Origin: Negaprion brevirostris
Lineage: Eukaryota
Direction: 5' to 3'
Assembly: GCA_030324005.1 (NCBI GenBank)
Contig: JARDVH010000193.1
Span: 39,251,696 to 39,315,695 of the forward strand
Length of the DNA: 64,000 bases
Both the position numbers and the translations under genes were made by a program. A model generated the notes under the pieces. That model did no database searches. It was not told where the DNA came from and worked only from the letters and a program-made list of their open reading frames with translations. Numbering within the stretch: position 1 is the first letter of the stretch; the number at the start of each line of letters is the position of its first letter. Below are positions 1 to 13,400 of this stretch, piece by piece.

Positions 1-910
1 CATCTGTCTCTGTATGAAAGCATTGTGGACTGCAGGTAGGTAATTACCTCAGATGTTCATATTAGCCTAGATTTTGGAGTCACTATTTGCAGCGAAGGGA
101 TGGGGCTTACTGTTGACTTCAAATCTGCCAACAAAGATCTAGCATCTGTGTTGTCGATTTCCCCCAAGCCAATGCCAATTTCATTCTGACACCACGGGAA
201 ATCTTTGGTATCCATGAACAGCGGACACCAAAGCTGGCTGAGGAGCCTATGAAAGTTGTAGAATTCTAACCAACAGCATATGTAAACTATATGTAATATT
301 TTAATATGTAAATAAGAATATAAATTTTAATATATAAAAATATGTTTTTTAAAAAAACATATTTTTGCTGTTAAAAACAATTGAGATTGAGATGCCTTAT
401 TGAATGTGGTGCGATTACATTTTCAATGTTGTACCAGGTCGTAATTACTCTCCGCCTCAAAAGTCTAATTTTAGAATCAAGCAATGTCATGTCCATCATT
501 TCATGATAAAAACTTTAAAAAATCTTTTAATATTGATTTTTAATGTATATTTGTGATATTTCAGCTTTTACCTTAAATCTCATGTGTCTGTCCTGATCTT
601 TATTTTGCTCTATAAAATGATTATGAAGTGAATTGATGATCAGTGCTTTTTACTTTCTGATTTTCTGTTTGTGAGAATTCTTTAACCTGACAGGCTCCTC
701 AGCCTGTTTGATGTCGGGCGTCCCCCATAGCTGGTGCCTGAATTCAATTGGTATTGAAATAGACAGAACAGACCTTGTAGACCTTTGCAAATTTGTAGTC
801 AATAGTGGACTCCACTCCTTCATTGCTAACTACAAAATCTAGGCCAATGTGAATGTCCAGGATAATTACTTACCTGCAGTCCACAGTGCATTCGTACAGA
901 GATAGATACG
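1..910. mobile_element. Long inverted-repeat structure: MITE-like element (~64-845) inside a palindromic repeat
   Basis: Positions 1-60 are the approximate reverse complement of 850-910. Inner termini GCCTAGATTTT (65-75) and AAAATCTAGGC (834-844); weaker complementarity continues to ~140 and ~775. Confidence 0.7.
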
Positions 911-1949
911 TAGAAGCATCTAAGACTAGGCCATTTTAGAACTTGTTGACTACATTAAAATAATTTCAAACAACACCCTTAATGAATGAAGCTACGGAAC
1001 TCTGCATCTTAAAAATTAAAAGTTGAAGGAAAAAAAAGGGTAACAATCCCATTCCTTCAAAGGGCAGAAGCATATTGAAAATTTGAGATGTGATCTGCAT
1101 AGAATACCAAGTATATGAAATGTCTCATTATTATTTTTATGGCTTTTACAACTATTCAATCCAGGACTAATGCTTTGAAAACACTGTTACGGCTTTACAG
1201 CTTTAAAATTAGCTTCAGATTCTTACCTTCATTTCTCTCAACTTGTGTATTACCCAACTTGGAAACCATATTATGCATCCACTCTCGTTCTTTCTCTATT
1301 AATCCTTATAGATGTTCAAATCATTGAAATGCAGAGACACTTAATGTCACAAAAGTGCCTTAGCACTGCTGTCTTTTTTATATATTAATTGTCAGGAAAA
1401 GACAGTAACAAGTGCATAAAGTAGGTGTTTATCCCTTGAAAAGGATTTCTTCCTGATGTTGCAGACCCTATCAGGTTTGCTCGCAGAGTTTTGCAGCCTG
1501 ACAAAATCAACACCTCCGCTAATTAACTGCCAACAAAGCTCCAATGTTAGTAAAGCAAAAGACAAGTCACAGAATAAATTACAGCTTCAAACTTTTTTTG
1601 ATCAAATTTTTTGCCCAGCAATTTTGTTCTTGAAAGTTTAGTTTTCTTGGCCAAATTCCCAATTGCCTGTTCTGCTCTGATGTTGTTCTGTGTTGTGAGT
1701 GATGCGTAACATGGCTGACATTATCAACTGATGCCATGTGCGACAAGATCTCTGTATGGAAAATATTTTGATTCACAAACCAAAATAAAAACAGAATTTC
1801 AGAGTAACTGGCAGCCAAATTAGCTGTTGTTTGTGGTAACAAATAATATCAGCTACAAAACTTAAAACTGACAACTCACTATACTTTTTTGACCACCAAC
1901 CTGCGTATAATTTTGAAATCTGGACCCAGCTTAGAAATCGACAAAAGAA

Positions 1950-2580
1950 TGATTTGCATTTATATAACATCTTTTGCAACATTTTCAGGTGTTTTATAAC
2001 TGATAGAATATTTTTGAAATGTGGTCACTGTTATGACATAAGAATTATGGAAGTTAATTTTCACATTGCAATGCCTCGCAAACAACATTGAAATAAATAT
2101 TGATAATCCAATTTTAACTATTGTTTGAGGGATGACTGTTGGCCAGGACACCAGAAATACTCCTCTGCTCTTTGAAGTACTGCCGTGGGATCCTTTAAGT
2201 CCACCTGAGAGGGAAGATGAGGCCTTGATTTAACATCCTTTTCAAAAGATGACACCTCTGAAAAGTGCAGGAATATGGTAAAGTTGCCAATAGTCCCAAA
2301 TGACCCCTCCTTTTGAGGGGGAAAGCTGACCAATGGTGATTTAACTTGAGGATCATCACACTTCAGGTGAGGTGCAACATTGAGAAGCTGGGGCCATCAT
2401 GGATAACCTCAGCACTGTTGGCATCATTTTGCATCACAAATCAGCCATCCAGCCGACTGAACTAACAGATTCCTCAGTAATACACTATAATGTTAGGTTA
2501 TATGCTCATGAATCTGGAGTGGGAGTTGAGCCCACCACATATGACTCAGACAGAAGAATGCTACAACTGATCCACTGCTG
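1950..2580 (-). mobile_element. Deu-domain SINE (SacSINE1/AmnSINE1-related) interrupted by a second SINE
   Basis: Tail TTGCATTTATATA, Deu core TTGGCCAGGACACC...GGGATCCTTTAAGTCCACCTGAGAGGG, tRNA-like head at 2515-2580. Matches the recalled consensus. Confidence 0.75.
2272..2468 (-). mobile_element. tRNA-derived SINE nested in the Deu-SINE
   Basis: Minus strand begins GTTAGTTCAGTCGGCTGGATGGCTG (A-box-like) and ends GGGACTATTGGCAACTTTAC; splits the host SINE. Confidence 0.6.
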
Positions 2581-3279
2581 ATACTAAAAACAGTTATTGT
2601 TTCATGCTCCACACTCCTAACTCATTCAGCACCTCTCTATCCAGCAGACAGTTTGGATGCTTCAATGGCATATATTTTGTGCCCTTTTTAGATGTAACTT
2701 GTGGATTCACCTTTCCCCAAACCAAAATAAAATGCAGAAAACACAACTTCAAGTGATTTACTTTAAGTCCTGGTGTCAAATCTCACCACAGACTTTCAAC
2801 AACTTATATAATAAATCAAAGAAATGTCATTTGGGCGCACAATTTATCAATGTATCTCACAGCATGATCATACTTAATAAACCACAAGTGATGAGTCATG
2901 AGTGAGTATATCTGCTCTAATGAGTGGGAGATTATTGTAAACCACTGCCCTTTAATTTATAATAGTTTTACCAAAACCTCACACACATTTTGTGTAGGTA
3001 AACTGCACCATCATTTCTGAATTAATTACATTTTCCCCATGGGAACTGTTTTTCGTAAAATGACCCATCTGAGGCATCACCAGGAGAATGCAGTCAAAAG
3101 TTTCAAAATTCTGCAATCTCATTATAACCCTTGCCTTATGAATGAAGAGGTACAGTAAGTTTAAGTTCAACATTATTTAATCACTGCTTCCTAATTGATC
3201 TTGTTTATTTTTCTACTTCTTTCATTCTAAGTTATGATTGGGAATTCTGTAAGGAGTAACTCCTCTCCTGACTTCCCAG

Positions 3280-3755
3280 ATCCTGTCCACCATCTATAAG
3301 GCACAAGTCAGGAGTGTGATGGAATACTGTCTATTTGTTTGGGTGGTTGCAACTCAAACAGCACTCGAGGCTTGACACCATCCTGGACAAAGCAGCCTTT
3401 TGTCTGAAGTCTCATTCACACCTTAAAATTTCACTCCCTCCGCCACTGGCACACAGTGACAGCACTGTGTACCATCTACACACGCACTGTAGCCACTCAC
3501 CAAGGCTTCTGTGACAGCATCATTCAAACCAGTGACCTCTACCATCACAACATGGGCAATACCACCACATACATGTTCTCCTCCAAACCATTCATCATCC
3601 TGATGTATAACTAAATCACTGTTCATTCCTTCACTACTGCTGGGTGAAAATCCTAGAACTCCCTCCCTAATGCTCTGCTGTGGTTCCAGAAGGTGGCTCA
3701 CCATCACCAAGGATAAGTAATAAATGTTGGCTTTGCACATCCATGAATGAAAAAT
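3280..3755 (+). mobile_element. LINE 3' fragment (CR1/L2-group ORF2 C-terminus plus 3' UTR)
   Basis: IYKAQVRSVMEY...LDTILDKAA...SLRHWHTVTALCTIY-like remnants; related copies at 7583-8065 and 58383-58512. Confidence 0.8.
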
Positions 3756-4514
3756 GTCCTGCTTTAGAAACATTGGTCCTTCACCAAAGATTTTCATTTA
3801 AAAAAAAATCTTAGTGGCATTTTAAAGATACCAACAATTTTGTGTTGTAATGTTCATTTCATGCAGAGGTCATTTGATTTTAAGTGACTTAACAGTAAAT
3901 GGACTAATTTGTAAGATACAGTGCAGCAGTTCCTTAAAACCAATGCAAACACTGTGATAACTGAAAGCTGAATGCTTATTGGGAAATCTAGCCCACATAA
4001 GCAAACAGATACATTGGCTTAAACTCAGTTTTTAACACAAAGGCAATGAAACAGACTGTGGCTTTTTTGTACCACTGGAAGTGGCTAATAAGTGATTACT
4101 AAACAAATTAAAGGACAGAACATATGAAGATATGTTTACACTGTATGAGTCCTAGGAGACCATCTGCAAAAGAATACTTGCAAACCCGACTGGCATATTC
4201 ATGACCAAGGCCTATTGGAAGCCATATTGCTTCTGTTGATGTGGATCTATGCTTTGTGTATATATATATAAATCACGGAACTACAAATGTGGACTGGGAG
4301 GGAATGACTCTGTTAAGGAAGGTAGGACTCAGTGAGAGAGATTTCATGGAATCATCTTTGTGATATTACTATTGATAATACATGCAAGAAAAGCCAGATT
4401 TTCACAGCACTGGTTCTCTCCAGCTGCATGCCTCTGTCATGAAAATAACTAGATGAGTTTCTGTTGGGAGTTCCAGTATTGGATTCTTTGTATTAGCAAG
4501 ATTGATTATCATGG

Positions 4515-5250
4515 CAACAACAATTTATATTTATATAGCTCCTTTAACAAAAGAAAATGTCCCAAGTACTTTTTTTAGGAATATTATAAAACAAAATTTG
4601 ACATTGAGTAACATAATGCAATATTAAGGCAGAAAATCAAAAGTGTGGTCAAAGTGATAGGAGAGTCTTAAAGAAAGACAGAAAAGTAAAGAGATGAAGA
4701 GGTTTGTGGAAAAGATTTCTGAATCCTAGGGCCTCGGCAGCTGCAGGAACTGATATCAGTGATGGACTGATTCAGATCAGGGATGGTCAAGTATTAAAAT
4801 AGGGTCATTGTGTGATCACAGCACAGGAGGAAGCCATTTGGCCCATCCAATTCATGGTGACCTGTGGAACAATCCTATCAGTCCCATTTCTCTACTTTAC
4901 CTTTGTAACCCTATATGCTTTTTCTCCCCCTTCAATCGGCCCTTCAATTTCACTTTGAAATCCTTCATTGTCTCTGCTTTCACCACTCTCGTAGGAAGTG
5001 AGTCCACGTGGTTACCACTTGCTGGAAGTAATTATAGAGATTGGGTGTACTGAGGCCATGGAGAGATTTGAAATCAATTGTGAGAATTTTAAAATTGGGA
5101 CATTGCTTAACAGGGAACCAATGTAGACCAATGAGTAGAGGGGTGATGAGTGGACAGACTTGATGTGAGTTAAGACAATGGCAGCAAAAGCTTTGGATAG
5201 GTTCAAGTTTACGGAGGTAAGAATGTGGGAGATTGGCCATTAAAACAAGT
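4515..5250 (-). mobile_element. L2 LINE 3' fragment with a nested CR1 3' fragment (~4810-5020)
   Basis: PLITPLLIGLHWFPVKQCPNFKILTIDFKSLHGL is a typical L2 ORF2 C-terminus; tail TATATAAATATAAATTGTTGTTG on the minus strand; internal block resembles a CR1 3' end. Confidence 0.8.
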
Positions 5251-5255
5251 TGCAA

Positions 5256-5547
5256 GTTTATTCATTAGCATCATAAGTAGGCTTACATTAACACTGCAAT
5301 GAAGTCACCATGAAAATCTCTTAGTCGCCACACTCCAGCAACTGTTTGGATACATTGAGGGGGAATTTAGTATGGCCAATGCCCCTAACCAGCACGTCTT
5401 TCAAACTGTGGGAGAAAACTGAGGAAGCCCACGCAGACACTGGGAGAACATGCAGACTCCGCATAAACAGTGACCCACACCGGGAATCAAACCTGGGTCC
5501 CTGATGCTGTGAGGCATCCGTGCTAACCACTATGCCACCGTGCCACC
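5256..5547 (-). mobile_element. V-SINE (tRNA head, V domain, GTAAGCCTACTT tail)
   Basis: GGCACGGTGGCATAGTGGTTAGCAC A box, GGTTTGATTCC B box, V-domain CTGCATGTTCTCCC; several similar copies in the window. Confidence 0.9.
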
Positions 5548-7582
5548 TCTTCTGAGCTATCCATTCATCACTGGAATGTGGTTCTGCATGAACTAGTTGT
5601 TCTCTGGTACTTTGCCCAGATGACCCTCATCCTCACGTCTTCACAATGACAGAGACAGGATTAACACTCCCTCTTTTTCATTATTGGATATGGACAATTT
5701 GTTTAAGTGTGCGGATCCTTTAAGTTGGTTTTGTGTGGCTGCGCAGGGACTGGCTGGTTGCTGTCCAATCTGCAAATATTTAGAGCGAACATTGGGTGGG
5801 ACAATGGCATCTTGGTCATCCGGTCCAAGCTTATCTACACAAACCACCCACATGCATTCCATACCAGTTAATGCCACTGGGTACTGAAGAGGAACAAGAA
5901 CTTTGGCTAATTCCCCACCCTGTTCAAGCAGCTAATGCTGTTCTACTAATTCAGCATCAACTAAGGATCAAACTTGGTCTTTCTGGTTCATTTAATCACC
6001 AGATAAAGTGTGAGCAGCCATCAGGAGAGCAAGTGAAACACTTTGCATTTAACAATAATCTTGAGCCACAGAAATGAACAGTGACGAATCTGTGATAGTA
6101 GAGTTCTTTCTATTTGCTAGAACATAGTCAAATAAATGGAATAGCTGATGCTATTTCTTATGTCTTTNNNNNNNNNNNNNNNNNNNNNNNNNNNNNNNNN
6201 NNNNNNNNNNNNNNNNNNNNNNNNNNNNNNNNNNNNNNNNNNNNNNNNNNNNNNNNNNNNNNNNNNNTGTCTTTGAACAGCTTCTAGGATAATAAATTAC
6301 GCAATTCAATCTTGATTGTCTTGAACAGAAATGTCAGATCTCGTTGCTGTCCCATTGTATTTAGAGCACATGCCTTTGCCTACGGGTGTGGTGTAGTTTA
6401 GATATTCCATAAAGGTTACAACAAGTGTATTGAATTTATACTGAGAGTAAGCAGCAACATGATACTTCAGATTATTCAGAACAACCTGGATGGGCCAAAT
6501 TGCTGTTTCTTCTTCCTTGTTGTCTGATATTCTTAACTAACAAGCATTGAAACTTACAGCGAATTATTAAAAATATGCATAAAGCCAGACTAACTCCTTA
6601 GCCCACTGCAGTGTTATTTTCTGCTCTATTTAACTTGGAAAGTAGATACATTTCAATACTTTTTTTTGCATATTGTGTTTAAAAAGTCTTCTAGTCATTG
6701 CCATGATATCAGATGATGTGTCTCTGTTTTTTTTAAAGAATTCAAAGCTGGGTTGCTATGTACAGGATGTGTGGGATGTCTTTATACAAATAAAAGAAAA
6801 CTGTAACAGCAAACAAGCATTGTAATGTCAAAAAAAGGTAGAAACTTCACTCCACTGTAGGTATCAGTGATATAAACATCTGAATAGCAGATCTCATTGA
6901 CACGGCATTCACACACATGAAACGTATACTGTCATCTTGCACCTCATGCTTGGGAAGGCCTGGATGGGATGCATTGTCTGTGAAGCAACTTCTAACTGTT
7001 TTCTATTGCAATGCGACAATCCAAACAATAACATGTTTGAATGCCAGTGCGATTAAATAAACCTTACCTTTGTGGCTGGTGAGCAGCCAATATGAAGGTG
7101 CCACAATAAAAAGGCAGACATGGATATAATCAGATGAATAACATAAAATGTTTTTAACAGTGTGCTAATTTTGTAGCAGTATCAGGCTCCCTTTATAATA
7201 TGGAGCACTAAATTAACTCTTGTCATCAGAAGGCCTGTTAAATTTACTCAAGAAATGTTTATAAATTATATCAGTATGATTGCTGATATTAACATTATAT
7301 ATCAAGCAGCAGCTATATGAAAGGGCACAACTCCAGGAACATTTTAACAATGGAATTCAACCTGACAGACCAGGGTAACTGTATTAGCCACACAGTATTC
7401 TCCATAATGTGTTCTTATTGAAAAGGGTTTATATAAAAATTTGCTTATGCCTCATTCTGCTATTCCTGACCAAACACTCTACTTAATTATTCAATGGATG
7501 ACACCTCATTTCTTCACAAGTATGCCGTGTCCTACTTGTGCAAACACAGACTTCCTAAGGACATAGCACTCTTACCTTTGGA

Positions 7583-8065
7583 CCTCAAGAAGCTTGACAC
7601 AATCCAAGACAAAGCAGCCTGCTTGATTGGCCCCACACCTGCAAACATCCACTCCCTCCACCACTGACGTACAGTAGCAGTAGTGTGCACTATCTACAAG
7701 ATGCACTGTAGCAATTCACCAAAGATCCTTAAATCTTAGGCCTACTTGTGACTAATATGTATACTTTACTTTAGACAGCATCTTCCAAACCCATGACCAC
7801 TTCCATCAAGGACATGGGCAGCAGATATATGGGAACACCACCATCCACAAGTTCCCTCCAAGCCACTCACTATCCTGACTTGGAAATATATCACCGTTTC
7901 TTCACTGAAATTCCCTCCCTCACGGTGTTGTGGGTCAACCCACAGCATGTGGATTGCAGTGATTCAAGAAGACAACTCACCAACATCTTCTCAAGGGCAA
8001 CTAGAGTTGAGCAATAGATGCTGGCCAGCCAGCAATGCCCGCATCCTACAAATTAATAATAAAAA
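7583..8065 (+). mobile_element. LINE 3' fragment, same family as 3280-3755
   Basis: LKKLDTIQDKAACLIG...SLHH*RTVAVVCTIYKMHCSNSPK, then 3' UTR and an A-rich tail. Confidence 0.82.
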
Positions 8066-8732
8066 AACTCAGCTGAAATCTAACTAGTATTTGATGGCTT
8101 CAGGAAGTAGCTTCATTCTATTAGACGAAATACAAATAATGTGCAAAATCTCACAATGTTAGCATAGAAAACTGTTGTGATTAAAAAATCTATCTAGTAT
8201 TCAATTACTGACAAATACTTCACTGAGAGTTCAAAGTATCATCAATTCTGAATCTCACGGGTCAGAACTTGCAGACATTCAACAATGCCTGATTGAGTGC
8301 CACTACTAACCAAACACTGATGTTTAACCACATACCCCAAAATCAAGGGAAAATATTAAGTTTTGAATTATTGACTCCTTCTAATTGGACATGATGAAGT
8401 TAAGTTTTGGAGAGATTTACAGTGATACATTCTCGAGAGTATGTATAATGCCATCTTGTTTNNNNNNNNNNNNNNNNNNNNNNNNNNNNNNNNNNNNNNN
8501 NNNNNNNNNNNNNNNNNNNNNNNNNNNNNNNNNNNNNNNNNNNNNNNNNNNNNNNNNNNNNNNNNNNNNNNNNNNNNNNNNNNNNNNNNNNNNNNNNNNN
8601 NNNNNNNNNNNNNNNNNNNNNNNNNNNNNNNNNNNNNNNNNNNNNNNNNNNNNNNNNNNNNNNNNNNNNNNNNNNNNNTGCTTCAAAGCCAATTAATGAT
8701 ATTTTTCAATGTTGATATTTTTGTAAGAAGTC

Positions 8733-9023
8733 TATTTATCAATGTCACAAGTAGGCTTATATTAACACTGCAATGAAGTGACTGTGACTGTGAAAATCCC
8801 CTAGTCACCAGACTCCAGCGCCTGTTTGGGTACATTGAGGGAGAATTTAGCATGGTCAATGCACCTAACCAGCACGTCTTTTGAACAGTGGAAGGAAACT
8901 GGAGCACCCTGAGGAAACCACACAAACATGGGGAGAACATGAAACTCCACACTGTGACACAAGCCGGGAATCGAAGCCGGGTCTCTGTTGCTAAGAGACA
9001 GCAGTGCTAACCACTGTACTGCC
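8733..9023 (-). mobile_element. V-SINE
   Basis: Collinear with 5256-5547 (GAATTTAGCATGG-CAATGCACCTAACCAGCACGTCTTT). Confidence 0.9.
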
Positions 9024-9039
9024 AGTAAGCACAGAAATG

Positions 9040-9315
9040 ATCAATGCACAGCAAGAACACACAAATAACAATTAGATAACTGGTCCATCTATTTTAGGTG
9101 TTAACTGTTGGCTGAAGTGCCAGGAGAACTCACTTGCTATTCTTCAAAGAGTGTTGTGTTATCTTTTGTGTACACCTGAGAAGGCTGACAAGGCAGTGCA
9201 GCACTCCCTCAGTGACACACTGAATGCCAAGCTTAGATTATATGTTTGAGTTTTCTGGAGTGAATCTTCAATCTACCACTTTCTGATTCAGAGGTAAGAA
9301 TGCGACCACTGTGTT
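9040..9315 (-). mobile_element. Degenerate Deu-domain SINE
   Basis: CAGTGCAGCACTCCCTCAGT, CACCTGAGA and a tRNA-like head; similar to 1950-2580. Confidence 0.7.
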
Positions 9316-9989
9316 GAGACTGGCTTTCACGTTAGTGTGATATAGGAACAGCCTGTCCAGATTTCTTAAACTTGTAAGTCAAAAAAAGCAGGGTTTTCAT
9401 TTTTATTTTAAAATCACTGATCACCACACATTTTCAACAGTAGCAAAATAATTTCATACTTAAGGTCAATAATACCATCTTGCTGTGCCCTTACTTGTTC
9501 TATGCCTGGCACTGGACTTGGTGGAAGGTAGAAACTGTTATATATGTTAGCATAAAAACACTTCAGTGCAAGTATGTGTGGGACCCAGATCACAATATAT
9601 AAGATGGTGTTTTGAAATATATTACACAAACAAAATACTCTTGCAACTGCCTACACTAGAATTTGGACAAAGAAATCTAATGGAGCTAGAAAGGGAATGT
9701 GGTGTTTACTTTCATTTCAAGGACCATCCTAATCTGCTTATCTCCCCGCCTTCGAATCACGCTGTGGCCTATTCTCGCCATTATAATCCACATCGATAAA
9801 AGTGGATCAACACAATAGCTACCAAAAAAAATTGTTATGCTGCAAAAAGCTATTCAAATTTGGGTCACTGCAATTCCTAAATGTTACACGTGGCAATGAG
9901 TGATTAGGATCTCTCTATCTGCTCAATGATGGCCCTTCAGGAGTTGGCTACTGTGCTCTAGTAATGACCACAAATAGCAAAACTTGACT

Positions 9990-10440
9990 TGTTGATGTCC
10001 AGTCACACACTGCAGTGTGCTACATCACTGGAATTATCGCGTCAACCCCACGTTGTCACAAATCACTATCCCACCCGTTCATGCCGTGCTACAATCCTGT
10101 GGGAAATCCCAGCGTATAGAGAGAAAACAAACCATCGTCTCTCTCTCCAACAGGACCTGAACAATCCCCCTCATTGCAGCTTGAGGCCCTTTTAGACACA
10201 CACGCCTAATCTTTGACAATGCGACTTCAAACTGATGACACTTGGAAAGACGGATGGAATTGGCAAGGAGTTACAAACACCTTGCGAAAGACCTGAGACA
10301 GGAGATCCCTGTCTTTGATCTTCCTTGAAGGCCATGGATAACTTAAACTGTGTCCGCATAAACCTTGGCAGACCCCTGAAACAACTATGGAAAACGAAAA
10401 CCACTCCAGCGCGGAGGAGATACCATGGAACATATAACGA
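9990..10440 (+). mobile_element. Non-LTR retrotransposon ORF C-terminal remnant (Ingi/Vingi-like)
   Basis: LSLQQDLNNPP...RPF and DLRQEIPVFDLP*RPWIT/LNCVRINLGR resemble the PGFDLPR..W.TLNR.RT.HGR motif; clade assignment uncertain. Confidence 0.55.
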
Positions 10441-13400
10441 CTGAATGCCTAATTCACAATCACCAAGGAATTGTCACAGTGATACACTTGGCACAATTAA
10501 CTGGTTTAGCCAATTGATGTACAATTAGAGTTGTCGCTGTACACTTATATCAGCCACAAGAGAGAATGATTAGAAGGATATCGTTTGGTTAAGGGTTCAA
10601 CAATGTCATGGGCAACTGGGAGTGAAGGCGTTTTATTTTCACTGCAATCATTCCCACTTCCTTTTACGACTTAGAAGCTACAAAGCAACATTATCTTTAA
10701 CATGTGCACATGTTATTTATGATATCGTCACTGAAGTCTCAAATACTTCGTGTTACCACTCACACAAATTTAATCTACAGTCCTCTTTCGCTTTATAAAA
10801 TCGGAGTTATACCATGGTGGTTTCTTGCTTTTTACCCTACGTACTCATAAATTCCTGCAATTTGCCATTTGATATTTTTTCGTGTGTTGTTACCTCACTT
10901 CTGAACAATCAGGGAACCCAATAGTTCCAGAGGTGGCTTATTCCTTCCTGTTAATTGACTCCCCGGGCCTTGACAGTGAAGCCTGTCCTGCAATTGGTAC
11001 CATTCCACCACCCCCCACCTCTAAAAAACAAGCAATTGATGTCTTGGCAGGAGAGGCGACAAAATCTTAAGTTACCGGCTGCTCTAAACAAACAAAAACA
11101 CAATATTTGAGAAAATATATACATTTGCGAGAAATAAAATTCTACGTACTTTTCTAAGCTTTTACACCCTTTTACAGCGCGAGATTTTCCCTACATCAAC
11201 CAATTGGAACATTTCCCCCAAGAACGAGAACATCTGGAAATGCAATGTGTCTCTCAATCCTCTGCTACCAGGCTTACATGCCACACCAAGCATCCCAGGA
11301 AACTATTAACATACAGGTACTGGGGGAAAAAATACACCAGAGTTTAAATTATTTCCATCGGCAACTTGCTTACTTCCTGCTTTACTGAAAGGATTCATAC
11401 AAGAAATGATATGACATTCGCCGGATGAACAGAACTAGTGCAAAAGTTTGGAACATGTTTAACTCTCGGGAAATGTGAAAAGTAAACGTAGCCGAAGGCT
11501 ATTTCAAGGCGAACATAAATTGTGATGCAGATTTCCAGAGAGTTTACTGGGGGAACCTGACTATTAAGTTGAAAACTTCCCTTTTAACCCGGGAATGGAG
11601 GACAGCAGCTAGGACACCTGTCAGTGTTGGGGATGTAACGCCAGTCTCCATTCTCCCCAATACACTGAAATGCCTGCACTGCTGAGTCGGGTGGAGGATT
11701 TCTTATCTCGAATACCATCCATACTATCAATCTGAATCAAATCAAATCTTCTAAAAATCAGGCGACCTTCAATATTCAAAATTGGAAGTACTGTAGACTC
11801 GGTTAAAAGTCAGTAAATCTATATTAAAAATGATTTCAAAGATGAATTGAAAGTAAAAATGACTGGTATTAAATCATTTCAAAGACAGGAAAACTCTCTG
11901 TTTTAGGGAGACCACCAACCCATGTTGAAAAAACTGAAAGCGCCGTATTATCCAACTTGAAGTGAATATACAACCGTCCGGGTTGGGTTTGTTTAACACG
12001 CTGTAAAAGTTTAAACTAACTTAAGCGAGTCACAAATTCAAACAAGTTCGACTGGTGTCCAGCGCTAAAGTTTTCGCCACTAAATGAAGTCAGTTTGGTC
12101 CCGTCTTGCTCTTGAAAACGCCCGAATTTCTATGCGTGTGTGTTTCTTTTTAATCCCTCACCGAGCTAACTAGTGAAAAACGGAGTAGAAGTTTAAAAAA
12201 AAGATGATTGCATCAATCAGTGTCAGGCCAACCAGAGATGATTTATGAATATGCGTAATGAGTTCACTTTTGAACAGGAATGGTGGGCAGATAATTGATT
12301 AGACAGGAAAGGGAGGGAGGGGAAAGGAGACACTGAGATAGAACGATGCGTACAGGGGCGAGAGTTGTCAGGACATAAATGCGATGCGTAGTCAGGGCGA
12401 CAGAAACAGTAAATGCCTGGGTTTAGGACTACACTTAGATCTCCACGTAACTTCTTCCTTGACTTGCAAACAGTTTCCCAATACAATATCCACGCCTTTT
12501 AGTGAAAAATAAAACAAAGACGCTAATGACGGTTTTGCTGATATGTTACGGTTCACTATGTACAAGGTACAAGAAATCGAGTGTTGACGAGAGTAAACTT
12601 GCAGCCGTTGCTCAAATGAGCGGAAAGAAAAAGCACAAAGTTCAGATAAAGTATCAGATTATGACAGGGATATAGTTGCTGTACTGCCGCCAGTCTGTGA
12701 AACTTTCTATCCAGCACGAAGGTGTACCAGGGCCCAGAAATTGTCAATACCCGAACCTCGCTCTACTCAATCCTGGCTAAATTCGTCAAGTGCTTTGAGT
12801 GTAATGATATTATTTGAGCTGGTTCCAAAGTGCGACTCGTGAAATAAGGCAGAAGTTTCAGCTTCGGTGGCGCTGGCCAAGAGAAAAGGCCTGCACCAGG
12901 ATTCTTACATTGTTTGAAATTTTTTTTGAGGAGACAAGATTCGGCGTTACATATTGCACTGTCTGCTCAACTATGCATTCACGGAGCCACAACGGAGAAT
13001 GGGAACCTAACCAAACAGCTAACCCAGAAAAATCCAAACATTTTAATTAAAGCAACATTGAGCTAATTCGTACTAAAAAAAACACTTGCATGTTTCATCG
13101 ACTTGAATCAATGTCGCAATCACAACTATTTGTAACTGACGCGCCTACTAAAAAGAAACTAAAATATACACCGCCCACTACATTGAGTCGACTAATTGCA
13201 GAAATATGGATTGTTTTTAATACGAGCATGCGAAATACAAATCGTTCTGGATTAAGTTACTGAGTTCTGATTCGCACAACTAAGTCACAATAGTTTCCCT
13301 GTCGCTCAGGCGGCAGTATTTTTTTAAATCACACCTTCATTAAATCATTATTTATCGGATAAAAAAGATTGCGAAACTATTACATGATCTAATAAAGGGA

